Part shown: positions 44,645 through 53,576 of the stretch, one piece after another
Layout of the letters: every line of letters begins with the position of its first letter
Position numbering within the stretch: the stretch's first letter is position 1
From: an uncultured delta proteobacterium
GTDB lineage: Bacteria; Desulfobacterota; Desulfobacteria; Desulfobacterales; Desulfosalsimonadaceae
Reading direction: 5' to 3'
DNA: 64,000 bases
Assembly: GCA_963826785.1 (NCBI GenBank)
Contig: CAWGYD010000001.1
Coordinates: forward strand, 736,001-800,000
Made by a program: the position numbers and the translations under genes
The notes under the pieces: generated by a model
The model's database searches: none
What the model was told of the DNA's origin: nothing
What the model saw: only the letters and a program-made list of their open reading frames with translations

Positions 44645-45787
44645 ATGAAAGCTTCATATCGGGGAGAATATAATACCATCGGCGGCAAAGTGCTGATCGC
44701 CTTTGTGCTGATGGCCGTTATTCCCTATCTTATACTCATTTATCTGGTGGTATACGCCCAGATTAATATCAGTCAGACCCTGATCTTGTCGGCACCCGTC
44801 GTGCTCTTTTCCATTCTGGTGGGATTTATGATGATCAGGCGGTCTGCCGACCAGATCGTCCATCTGAGCCGGGAAACCAGCATGCTCGAATCAGGGGAAA
44901 AGCACGGCCCCATCGAGATCCAGGGGGACAGGGAATTGACCGAGATCGCGTCTCATTTTAATTCGCTGTATAACAAACTGGAGCGGATGAACCGGAAAAG
45001 CCAGGAGCAGGCGACCCAGCTGATGGTCTATTCCCGCGATCTGGCCCTTTCATACCAGAAAACCAAACAGGAAGAGGAGCTTCGAAACCGCCTGAGCCGG
45101 TATGTGGGAAACAACCTGGTGGAAAAGCTGGTGAATTCAAAAGACGGCGTTCTGGTGGAAACGGAGCGGCGTGAGGTGACGGTCCTGTTTGCAGACATCC
45201 GCTCCTTTACCATGATCGCCGAAAGAATGTCCGCAGAAGAGGTGGTTCTGATGCTGAATCAGTACTTTAGCGTGATGGTGGACATCGTCTTTAAAAATAA
45301 TGGATTGCTGGACAAGTTCGTCGGCGATCAGCTGATCGCTGTTTTCGGCCTGGTGGACGCATCCGGGAATGCAGCCGAAAACGCCATTCGCACGGCCATC
45401 GAGATGCAGGAAGCCATCGAGGACATGATGCGCAAACGGGCCAAGGCGGTCCAGGAAATATTCGAAGTGGGGGTCGGCATCAATACCGGAGCAGCCATTA
45501 TCGGCAATATCGGATCGTCCAACCGGATGGACTATACGGTCATTGGAGATTGCGTCAATACCGCCGCACGCCTGGAGCAGATGGCCCTGGGAGGCGAGAT
45601 CATCATCGGAGAGCAGACCTTCCTTCAAAACACGGAGGATTTCATTATCGAAAGCCGGGGGGAGGTCCATGTGAAAAACAAAATGGAACCCGTGGTCTGC
45701 TACAATGTTTTGAGAAATCAGATCCAGTCAGATGAATTTTCATCCCCGGACCTGATGGCCGCCCCGCTGAAAAGAAATATCCCTTGA
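44645..45787 (+). CDS. Membrane class III adenylate cyclase with a HAMP-like linker
   Basis: Two TMs, VLFADIRSFT, DKFVGD and DYTVIGDCVNTAARL. The Lys/Asp pair indicates ATP specificity. Confidence 0.9.
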   Translation: MKASYRGEYNTIGGKVLIAFVLMAVIPYLILIYLVVYAQINISQTLILSAPVVLFSILVGFMMIRRSADQIVHLSRETSMLESGEKHGPIEIQGDRELTEIASHFNSLYNKLERMNRKSQEQATQLMVYSRDLALSYQKTKQEEELRNRLSRYVGNNLVEKLVNSKDGVLVETERREVTVLFADIRSFTMIAERMSAEEVVLMLNQYFSVMVDIVFKNNGLLDKFVGDQLIAVFGLVDASGNAAENAIRTAIEMQEAIEDMMRKRAKAVQEIFEVGVGINTGAAIIGNIGSSNRMDYTVIGDCVNTAARLEQMALGGEIIIGEQTFLQNTEDFIIESRGEVHVKNKMEPVVCYNVLRNQIQSDEFSSPDLMAAPLKRNIP

Positions 45788-45862
45788 ACAACATACGCAA
45801 TAGCCCGGTATATATTAATTTTAAGTTTGCATAACGGTTTTATTTCTGAAGGGAAACTGAAG

Positions 45863-46222
45863 ATGAAAAAGCAAATCATCGTATTTTTATGGAGCATGCT
45901 GGCGGCCGGAATTCTGATGGTCGGCCTGTGCGTGAACGGGATTTGCGCTGAAGGGATCGTCGTCAAGAACATCAGCGCCCAGATTGCTGAAAAGGGCGCG
46001 GACACCTATTCGATTACGGTAAGCGCATTTGTAACCAACCAGACGTCGCCCCTTGATGATGTCATCGTCGACATTATCGCCGTGGACAAGCAAGGCTATC
46101 AGCTTGAGAGCATCTCCCTGAGGGGAAAGGTCAAGCCGGGAAAGACCCGGGTGCTGATGGACATGATGAAAATTTCAACCGCTGTCTACGGTCAGATCGA
46201 CCGGTGGGAAGTAAAGCATTGA
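45863..46222 (+). CDS. Small secreted beta-sandwich protein (FxLYD-like)
   Basis: Signal peptide and VTN...AVDKQGYQL...VKPGKT. Confidence 0.65.
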   Translation: MKKQIIVFLWSMLAAGILMVGLCVNGICAEGIVVKNISAQIAEKGADTYSITVSAFVTNQTSPLDDVIVDIIAVDKQGYQLESISLRGKVKPGKTRVLMDMMKISTAVYGQIDRWEVKH

Positions 46223-46240
46223 TCGGCTGACCGTCTTTGG

Positions 46241-46276
46241 GGGCCCTTTTTTCCTGACGGATAAGGGCCTTTTTTA
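46241..46276 (+). terminator. Intrinsic terminator
   Basis: GGCCCTT...AAGGGCC followed by T6, between convergent genes. Confidence 0.7.
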
Positions 46277-46353
46277 TCATCCCCAATTTTTTCCCGAAAA
46301 ATTAAAAAATTCTTGTCCGACGGCATTCATCCAATCCCGGCTGCAAAAATGGT

Positions 46354-48159
46354 TTAATCGATGAAATGGCCGGTTTCTGCTTCCAGGGTGGGATACGTGC
46401 TGCTCGTCAGCCGTTTGGAGAGTCCTTCTATCTTTGGCAGCTCATACTGGTAGAAGTATTCGCAGGTCAGGCGTTTTCCCTGAAAAAATTGAGTGTCCCT
46501 CAAGGTTCGGGCGCCGGATACGCCCTGTTGTGCGGCGATTGCCTGTTTCAGCCATTGCCAGGCAACGGCAATGATTCCGAAAAATTCCAGATACAGGGTG
46601 GCATCCGCCAGGTAAGCCTCCGGGCCGTGTGTCTGTGCGACATCGATCAGATGCAGGGTCACTTTTTCAAGCAGGGCAAGACTTCCCTCCAGTGTTCCGG
46701 CAAGGTGCGAGACTTCGTTTTTCCCGGCGGCGGTTTCAATTGTTTTTCGCACCTCTTCAAGATAAAGGCGCAGTGCTTCCCCTTTTTCCATGATGACCTT
46801 TCGGCCGAGCAGGTCTATCCCCTGGATGCCCGTGGTCCCCTCGTGGATGGGGTGAATCCGGACATCCCGGTAATATTGCGCCACCGGGAAATCGTCGCAG
46901 TAGCCGTACCCGCCGAGGCACTGAATGGCCGCGCTGGTGGAAAGAACGCCGGTTTCAGACGGATAGGATTTGGCCACCGGTGTCAAAACATCCAGCAGGA
47001 GCCGGGCCCTTTCTTTTTCCGCTTCTTTGCCGGCATGACGCATATCCCGGTAAAGGCAGCATTGCAGCAGTAGCGACAATGAACCCTCCACTACGGCACG
47101 CTGGAACAGCAGCATCCGTTTGATATCGGCGTGTTCGATAATCGATACCTGGGGCTTCAGCGGATCCTTTGATGATATTTTCCGGCCCTGGGGACGGGAT
47201 TTGGCATAATCGAGGGCCGCGTAATAGGCCGCAGAGGCAATGGCTGCCGCCCCCATGCCCACGCCGATGCGCGCTTCATTCATCATCTGGAACATGTACT
47301 TGAGTCCCTGGTGAGGTTCCCCGATTCGATATCCCCGGCAGTCATCTTTATCCCCGATGACCAACTCGGTGATGGGCGCACCCCGATAGCCAAGCTTGTG
47401 ATAAATCTGGCTGACAATGACGTCATTGCCGGTCAATTTCCCGTTTTTCTCCGGTCGCAGCTTGGGAACCACAAACAAAGAAATCCCTTTGACGCCCGCA
47501 GGTGCGCCTTCCACGCGGGCCAGCATGAGGTGAACCACATTTTCCACCCCGTCGTGGTCGCCGGCGGAAATGAAAATCTTTTGCCCCTTCATCCGGTAAG
47601 ATCCGTCTTCAAGCGGCGTTGCCGTAGTGGTAATATCGGATAGAGAACTGCCGGCCTGGGGCTCGGTCAAAGCCATGGTTCCCTGCCATTTCCCGGAAAG
47701 CATATTGGGCACATAGGTGTCGAAGAGTTCCCGACTGCCGAAAGCGGCAATCAGGTGGGCCGCACCTGCAGAAAGATGGGGGTAAACCGATGTGGAATAA
47801 TTCGCCGCGGCAAAAATAAAGTAGCATGCGCCACCGATGACGGACGGCAATTGCTCGCCCCCGTCTTTTTCGGGAAATTCCAAGCCGATCCATCCGCCTT
47901 CACCGGCTTCCTTCATAATCCGTTTGACTGCCGGATGCACCTTGACCTGCCCGTCTGTGAGTTCAGGCTGCAGGCGGTCCATCTCTTCAAGCAGGGGCCT
48001 GTGAAAATCCCTGGCCAGCCTGATGCAGGCATCGATTACCATATCGAACATTTTCCGGTTATGCTGATGAAATGGATCAAATTGGGTGACCCGCTCGGAA
48101 TCAAGCACGTCATAGAGCAAAAACTTCAGGTTCCGTTCGCTGAAAAATTTATCCGTCAT
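46354..48159 (-). CDS. Acyl-CoA dehydrogenase (long, ~600-aa type)
   Basis: GTMALTEPQAGS, GQKIFIS, MMNEARIGV, GGYGY and IHEGTTGIQ. Confidence 0.93.
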   Translation of the reverse strand: MTDKFFSERNLKFLLYDVLDSERVTQFDPFHQHNRKMFDMVIDACIRLARDFHRPLLEEMDRLQPELTDGQVKVHPAVKRIMKEAGEGGWIGLEFPEKDGGEQLPSVIGGACYFIFAAANYSTSVYPHLSAGAAHLIAAFGSRELFDTYVPNMLSGKWQGTMALTEPQAGSSLSDITTTATPLEDGSYRMKGQKIFISAGDHDGVENVVHLMLARVEGAPAGVKGISLFVVPKLRPEKNGKLTGNDVIVSQIYHKLGYRGAPITELVIGDKDDCRGYRIGEPHQGLKYMFQMMNEARIGVGMGAAAIASAAYYAALDYAKSRPQGRKISSKDPLKPQVSIIEHADIKRMLLFQRAVVEGSLSLLLQCCLYRDMRHAGKEAEKERARLLLDVLTPVAKSYPSETGVLSTSAAIQCLGGYGYCDDFPVAQYYRDVRIHPIHEGTTGIQGIDLLGRKVIMEKGEALRLYLEEVRKTIETAAGKNEVSHLAGTLEGSLALLEKVTLHLIDVAQTHGPEAYLADATLYLEFFGIIAVAWQWLKQAIAAQQGVSGARTLRDTQFFQGKRLTCEYFYQYELPKIEGLSKRLTSSTYPTLEAETGHFID

Positions 48160-48382
48160 CCGTTTCTCCTTCGTTGTCTTCGCAAAATATACTGTCTTTG
48201 AACTCACATAAACACTTCACCCGCAATCCCATTTGAATCCTCCGGGGCGGGAAATACATTTTTGAATTTTTGGAGGAGTCGTGTAAGGTGATCATGCGAT
48301 GTGTTCTTCGGTTGCTTTTGCAAATTCAATTTAGCAGAATCCGGCCGCGCGTTCAACAATGCCTTATTGAATATTAAAATAG

Positions 48383-50110
48383 ATGCAACCTTCGAATTTA
48401 AAATTGAATCCGCCCAACCCCCTGCAGTCGGCAGACGGCGTTGTCGTTCTTTCTCCAACATTGGCCATCATGAGCGCCAATCATGTCATACGTTGGATCA
48501 TCGGCCGCGAGCCAAAGCCGGGAAAACCATTTCCTTTAGACAAGCTGTTCAGGGAACCCGAATTGACCCGGATGCGGGCGTCCATTCAGTATACCATCGA
48601 AACCGGCCAGCCGCAGACCCGCCGCGAGACTGAAATTCTCTGCGATGCCGGGTTTGCCCATCATTGTACATATTCGGTTTATCCCCTTTTCGGGACGGGC
48701 CAGGCGATCATCGGAGGACTTCTGTCCTTTCAGAACCTGCCGGAAATGCCATTTGAGCGGGGCGTCCCCCAGAGCCGGCTGTCGCAGCGGCACAGCGCGT
48801 TTGAAAATGATCTGCTGATCGAGAGGCTGCCGGAAGCCGTCTTTACGATAACGACCCACTGGCGGATATCCTCCTTTAACCTGATGGCGGAAAAACTGAC
48901 CGGATACCGGCGGGAAGAGGCCATCGGCAAGTACTGCTGGGAAATTTTCCGCTCGGATAAATGTAAACTGTCCTGCCCCTTGCGCACGGCCCTGGAGAGC
49001 GGGCAGGGGACCATGGATCAGGAAGTGCGGATATTGAACAAGCAAGGGGCGCGGCAGGTGATCCTGGTCAACACCAATGTGCTGCGTGATGGTACCGGAC
49101 TGGTAATGGGTGCAGTGGAAACATTCAGGCCGATCACCGGCGAGGTGCATCCACCCGAAGGGGTCCATTACAACTTTTCGTTTGACAACATTGTGGGAAA
49201 GTCAAAAGGGATGCGGCGCCTCTTTGAAATGGTGCCCGACCTTTCCGCAAGCGACGTCAACGTGCTGATCACCGGTGAGAGCGGTACCGGAAAAGACCTG
49301 TTTGCACGGGCGATTCACAACCATTCCCTCCGGGCCAAGGGGCCCTTTGTGGCGGTGAACTGTTCGGCCCTTGCGGAAACGCTGCTGGAATCGGAACTGT
49401 TCGGTCACGAAAAGTCCGCCTTTACCGGTGCGGACCGGGTGAGGATCGGCCGTTTCGAGATGGCCAAGGCCGGCACCATTTTCCTGGATGAAATCGGGGA
49501 TCTCAAGACCGACCTGCAGGTCAAACTTCTCCGGGTGATCGAGCAGCGGGAATTTGAGCGGGTGGGCGGAAGCCGGCCCATCCCCATGGATGCCCGCGTC
49601 ATCAGCGCCACCAACCGGAACCTGGCCGAGTCCATCCGCAGCGGAACCTTCCGGGAGGATTTTTATTACCGGCTGCGCACCGTGCCGCTGAACCTGCCGC
49701 CCCTGCGGGAAAGAAGGGAAGACATCCCGCTTCTGGTCAGTTATTTTATCAAGCGCTTCAACCAGAAATACCATAAAAGCGTACGTGCCGTGGATGTGAA
49801 GGTGAGCCGGTTTTTCCAGAATTATCATTTTCCGGGCAATGTCCGGGAACTGGAACGGACCCTGGAACATGCATTCGTCTTTGTCAAAGGTCCGGTAATA
49901 TTCATGAGCAATCTCCCCGATCCTGAAGAGTTCGATCTGGCGGAAAGGGCCGATTTAAAAACGACTCCCCCCATGTCCGATACCCGGAGCAGGGATGCAG
50001 TTCTCTGGGCACTGGCCCAGAGCGGGGGCAAACGCGTTCAAGCCGCCGACCTGCTGAAAATGAGCCGGACCTCCTTCTGGCGGCTGATGAAAAAGCATGG
50101 AATCGAATAA
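48383..50110 (+). CDS. PAS-domain sigma-54-dependent transcriptional activator
   Basis: Two PAS-like domains, [30 protein letters not shown] and a C-terminal HTH. Confidence 0.92.
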   Translation: MQPSNLKLNPPNPLQSADGVVVLSPTLAIMSANHVIRWIIGREPKPGKPFPLDKLFREPELTRMRASIQYTIETGQPQTRRETEILCDAGFAHHCTYSVYPLFGTGQAIIGGLLSFQNLPEMPFERGVPQSRLSQRHSAFENDLLIERLPEAVFTITTHWRISSFNLMAEKLTGYRREEAIGKYCWEIFRSDKCKLSCPLRTALESGQGTMDQEVRILNKQGARQVILVNTNVLRDGTGLVMGAVETFRPITGEVHPPEGVHYNFSFDNIVGKSKGMRRLFEMVPDLSASDVNVLITGESGTGKDLFARAIHNHSLRAKGPFVAVNCSALAETLLESELFGHEKSAFTGADRVRIGRFEMAKAGTIFLDEIGDLKTDLQVKLLRVIEQREFERVGGSRPIPMDARVISATNRNLAESIRSGTFREDFYYRLRTVPLNLPPLRERREDIPLLVSYFIKRFNQKYHKSVRAVDVKVSRFFQNYHFPGNVRELERTLEHAFVFVKGPVIFMSNLPDPEEFDLAERADLKTTPPMSDTRSRDAVLWALAQSGGKRVQAADLLKMSRTSFWRLMKKHGIE

Positions 50111-50464
50111 ATACCAGGCGTTCGGAAGCCGGAATGTCATGATGCGCTTTTTTCTCATATTTTGACATCCATTGAGCAACCGCGCATGAATCCCTTCTTC
50201 CATCGAAATAGCGGATCAATTAAGCCGGATTTGTTTCAAAGCGTTTCAATCGTTTCATCTGTCGTTTCATCTCCCTGAAGGCAAGATCTGACATAGTTTA
50301 CGGCATCATACATACCAAAACAGCGCTTTTGTCCCCCGTATTGGAACAATTTTCCTTTTGAATTTGCGTTTCCTTTCCACCGTTTCACCTGCCCCCCTGC
50401 GCACGGTGTCTTTCCCGATGTCCTGCTTCATCTAATTATTTTTAAATTCAGCTAATTACTCACT

Positions 50465-50479
50465 TGGCACGCTAATTGC
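50465..50479 (+). promoter_or_regulatory. Sigma-54 (-24/-12) promoter
   Basis: Consensus TGGCAC-GCTAA-TTGC 60 nt upstream of the nuoE-like gene, preceded by an AT-rich tract. Confidence 0.88.
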
Positions 50480-50538
50480 CTTAGAAACTGCCTCCATCTG
50501 GACGAATATTAACCGACGACGACACAGGAGGACAGATT

Positions 50539-51003
50539 ATGATTCATCAACCCGAATTCTTAGAAGATATTCTGGAGCGATATCCGGCCAAACCCGAATA
50601 TCTGATTTTTCTGCTCCAGGACATCCAGTCCGATTGCGGCTACATCTCCTCTGAATCCATGAAGCGGGTGTGCGACCACACCGGCGTCCCCCTCACCCAG
50701 GCGTATTCGGTGGCCACCTTTTACCAGTCCTTCCGCCTGGAACCCCAGGGCGAGCATGAAATCCGGGTATGCCTCGGCACCGCCTGTCATCTGAAGGGCG
50801 GGCAGCGAATCGTGGAGGCCCTGGAAAGGCGCCTGGGCATCAGCGCCGGTGAAACATCGGAGGACCTCATGTATACGCTGGATACGGTCAATTGCGTGGG
50901 CGCCTGTGCGCTGGCGCCGGTGATGGTGGTGGATGATGAATATGAATCCAATGTCACCGCCGGGAAAGTGGAAAAAATGATCAAAAGGCTTCAGCCGCAA
51001 TAA
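50539..51003 (+). CDS. NuoE/HydC-like [2Fe-2S] subunit
   Basis: VATFY, VCLGTACH and NCVGACALAP. Confidence 0.92.
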   Translation: MIHQPEFLEDILERYPAKPEYLIFLLQDIQSDCGYISSESMKRVCDHTGVPLTQAYSVATFYQSFRLEPQGEHEIRVCLGTACHLKGGQRIVEALERRLGISAGETSEDLMYTLDTVNCVGACALAPVMVVDDEYESNVTAGKVEKMIKRLQPQ

Positions 51004-51027
51004 TTTCTGCCACGGAAGGAAGATAAA

Positions 51028-52926
51028 ATGAATCCGAGCACAGCATTGAAGATCGACACCCGGCGCCTGAATTCTGCCGAGGATGTAAACGCGCTGAGAC
51101 AACAGATTCTTGGAAGCCGGGACCCGGACCGGCTCGAAATCGTTGTCTGCCATGGAACCGGGTGCATGGCCAACGGCAGCGCCAGGGTGGCCCGCTCCTT
51201 AAAAACCGCCCTGGAAGCCGCGGGAATCGATGCCAAAGTCATGCCGGGAATCAAGACCACCGGCTGCCAGGGGTTCTGCTCCCGCGGGCCGCTGGTGCTG
51301 ATCAAGCCGAAAGGCTTGTTTTATCAGCGCGTAAAGCCCGAGGATGCCGAGGAAATCGTCGCAAAAACCATTGTGGAAAATGAAACAATCAAACGGCTGC
51401 TGTACAAGGACCCCCATACGGGCGACACCATCGAGACCGAGCAGGAGATCCCGTTCTATCATCTCCAGGAGCGGATTGTATTGCATAACATCGGCAAGAT
51501 CGATCCCACCGATATCGAGGATACCATCGCCGCCGGTGGATACCAGGCACTGGCCAAAGCCCTGTCCGCGATGACACCGGAACAGGTGGTGGCGGAAATT
51601 GAAAAATCGGGCCTCCGGGGCCGGGGCGGCGCGGGTTTTCCCACCGGCCGCAAATGGCGCGGAGCGCTTGCGGCCGTGAAGAAAAAGGGGCGGCCCGTGT
51701 ATGTGGTGGTCAACGGGGACGAGGGGGATCCGGGCGCCTTCATGGACCGCACCATCATGGAAGGCGACCCCCATGCCGTGCTCGAAGGCCTGATTCTGGG
51801 CGCCTATGCCCTGGGCGCCGAAAAAGGGTATCTCTATGTGCGGGCGGAATACCCGCTGGCCATCAAGCATCTGGAGATGGCCATGGCCCAGGCCCGGGCA
51901 TACGGACTGCTGGGAGAAAACATATTAAATTCCGGGTTTTCCTTCGATGCCCAGATCAACCGCGGGGCCGGCGCTTTTGTGTGCGGTGAATCCACCGCCC
52001 TGTTTACTTCCATCGAAGGAAAACCCGGCAATCCGAGACCCAAATATGTGCGCTCCGTGGAAGAGGGCCTCTGGGGCCGGCCCACGGTGCTCAATAACGT
52101 GGAAACCTGGGCCAATGTCCCCCTCATCATCGACAGGGGCGCGGACTGGTATTCCGGCCTGGGCGTGTCCACCTCCACCGGCACCAAGGTCTTTTCCCTG
52201 GTGGGCAAGGTCAACAACGTCGGCCTGGTGGAAGTGCCCATGGGAACGCCCCTGGGTAAAATCGTGGAAGATATCGGCGGTGGGCTGCCTTCCGGCAAAC
52301 CGTTCAAGGCGGTGCAGACCGGCGGCCCTTCCGGCGGATGCATCCCCTATGATTTGAAGGATCTGCCCGTTGATTTCGATTCCCTCACCAATGCCGGTTC
52401 CATGATGGGCTCGGGCGCCATGATCGTCATGGATGACCGGGACTGTGTTGTGGACGTGGCCCGCTATTTTCTGCGGTTTCTGGAGGAGGAATCCTGCGGC
52501 AAGTGCCTTCCCTGCCGTTTGGGGCTTACCCGGATGCGGGAAATCCTGGACAATTTTTCACATGGCTGCGGCAGCGAGCAGGACATCGACGACCTGACCA
52601 GCCTGGCCCAGGCCGTTCAGGATGGGGCGCTGTGCGCCCTGGGCAGCAGTGCGCCCAACCCCTGTCTCACCACCATCAAGTTCTTCAAGGACGAATATAT
52701 CGCCCATGTGCAGGATCATAAATGCCCGGCCGGCGTCTGCAAGGATTTGATTACCTACAGCATCGATCCCGAGGCCTGCACCGGATGCCGCAGCTGCGCG
52801 CGCCAGTGCCCCCAGGGATGCATCAGCGGTGAAAAGAAAAAGCCGCATCAGATCGATGCGGATCAGTGCATCCGGTGCGGCATCTGCATGGAAAGCTGCA
52901 AGTTCGACGCTGTGCGCGTAATTTAG
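51028..52926 (+). CDS. NuoF/HydB-like NADH- and FMN-binding subunit with an N-terminal [2Fe-2S] domain and C-terminal 2x[4Fe-4S]
   Basis: GLRGRGGAGFPTG, DEGDPGAFMDR, GGPSG, ESCGKCLPCR, CTGCRSC and CIRCGIC. Confidence 0.93.
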   Translation: MNPSTALKIDTRRLNSAEDVNALRQQILGSRDPDRLEIVVCHGTGCMANGSARVARSLKTALEAAGIDAKVMPGIKTTGCQGFCSRGPLVLIKPKGLFYQRVKPEDAEEIVAKTIVENETIKRLLYKDPHTGDTIETEQEIPFYHLQERIVLHNIGKIDPTDIEDTIAAGGYQALAKALSAMTPEQVVAEIEKSGLRGRGGAGFPTGRKWRGALAAVKKKGRPVYVVVNGDEGDPGAFMDRTIMEGDPHAVLEGLILGAYALGAEKGYLYVRAEYPLAIKHLEMAMAQARAYGLLGENILNSGFSFDAQINRGAGAFVCGESTALFTSIEGKPGNPRPKYVRSVEEGLWGRPTVLNNVETWANVPLIIDRGADWYSGLGVSTSTGTKVFSLVGKVNNVGLVEVPMGTPLGKIVEDIGGGLPSGKPFKAVQTGGPSGGCIPYDLKDLPVDFDSLTNAGSMMGSGAMIVMDDRDCVVDVARYFLRFLEEESCGKCLPCRLGLTRMREILDNFSHGCGSEQDIDDLTSLAQAVQDGALCALGSSAPNPCLTTIKFFKDEYIAHVQDHKCPAGVCKDLITYSIDPEACTGCRSCARQCPQGCISGEKKKPHQIDADQCIRCGICMESCKFDAVRVI

Positions 52927-52956
52927 GAACCTCAACAGAACGGGAGATCTATCAAA

Positions 52957-53562
52957 ATGATCAAATTCCATATCAACGGATCTGAAGTCGAAGCGGAACC
53001 GGGCTGGACGGTGCTCGAAACTGCGCGCCATTACGGGATTGAAATCCCCACGCTCTGTTACCATGAAGCGGTGTCCGCCAGCGGCGCCTGCCGGCTCTGC
53101 ATGGTGGAACTCAGAGAAGGCAAATGGTCGAAGCTGGTGGCGTCCTGTATCTACCCGGTCAAGGACGGCATCGAGATCCACACGGAAACCGAGCGTGTCA
53201 GCAACGTCCGCCGCTGGATATTCGAAATGCTGCTGGCCCAGTGCCCGGCAAGCCCTGAAATCCGGGAGATGGCCAAAAAATACGGCGTGGTGTCCACCCG
53301 CTTTTCGGCGAACAACCCGGATGAGGACTGCATGGTCTGCGGTCTGTGCACCCGGGCCTGCGAGGAAATCGTGGGCCTGTCCGCCATTTCCGTCATGGAC
53401 CGGGGCGTGTACAAAAAAATCGGTGCGCCCTTTTCAAGGCCCACTGAGATCTGCGTGGCCTGCGGCTGCTGCGTGACCATCTGCCCCACCGGCGCCATGC
53501 GCCGGCTGATCGAGTCGGTCCGTGAAACCCCGGCCGTTAAACTGACCCCTTTGGCCCTGTAA
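52957..53562 (+). CDS. Short NuoG/HydA-N-terminus-like Fe-S subunit ([2Fe-2S] plus 2x[4Fe-4S]), no catalytic domain
   Basis: IPTLC...GACRLCMVE...ASC, CMVCGLCTRAC and CVACGCCVTICP; 201 aa. Confidence 0.88.
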   Translation: MIKFHINGSEVEAEPGWTVLETARHYGIEIPTLCYHEAVSASGACRLCMVELREGKWSKLVASCIYPVKDGIEIHTETERVSNVRRWIFEMLLAQCPASPEIREMAKKYGVVSTRFSANNPDEDCMVCGLCTRACEEIVGLSAISVMDRGVYKKIGAPFSRPTEICVACGCCVTICPTGAMRRLIESVRETPAVKLTPLAL

Positions 53563-53576
53563 ATAAGGAGAGAGCC

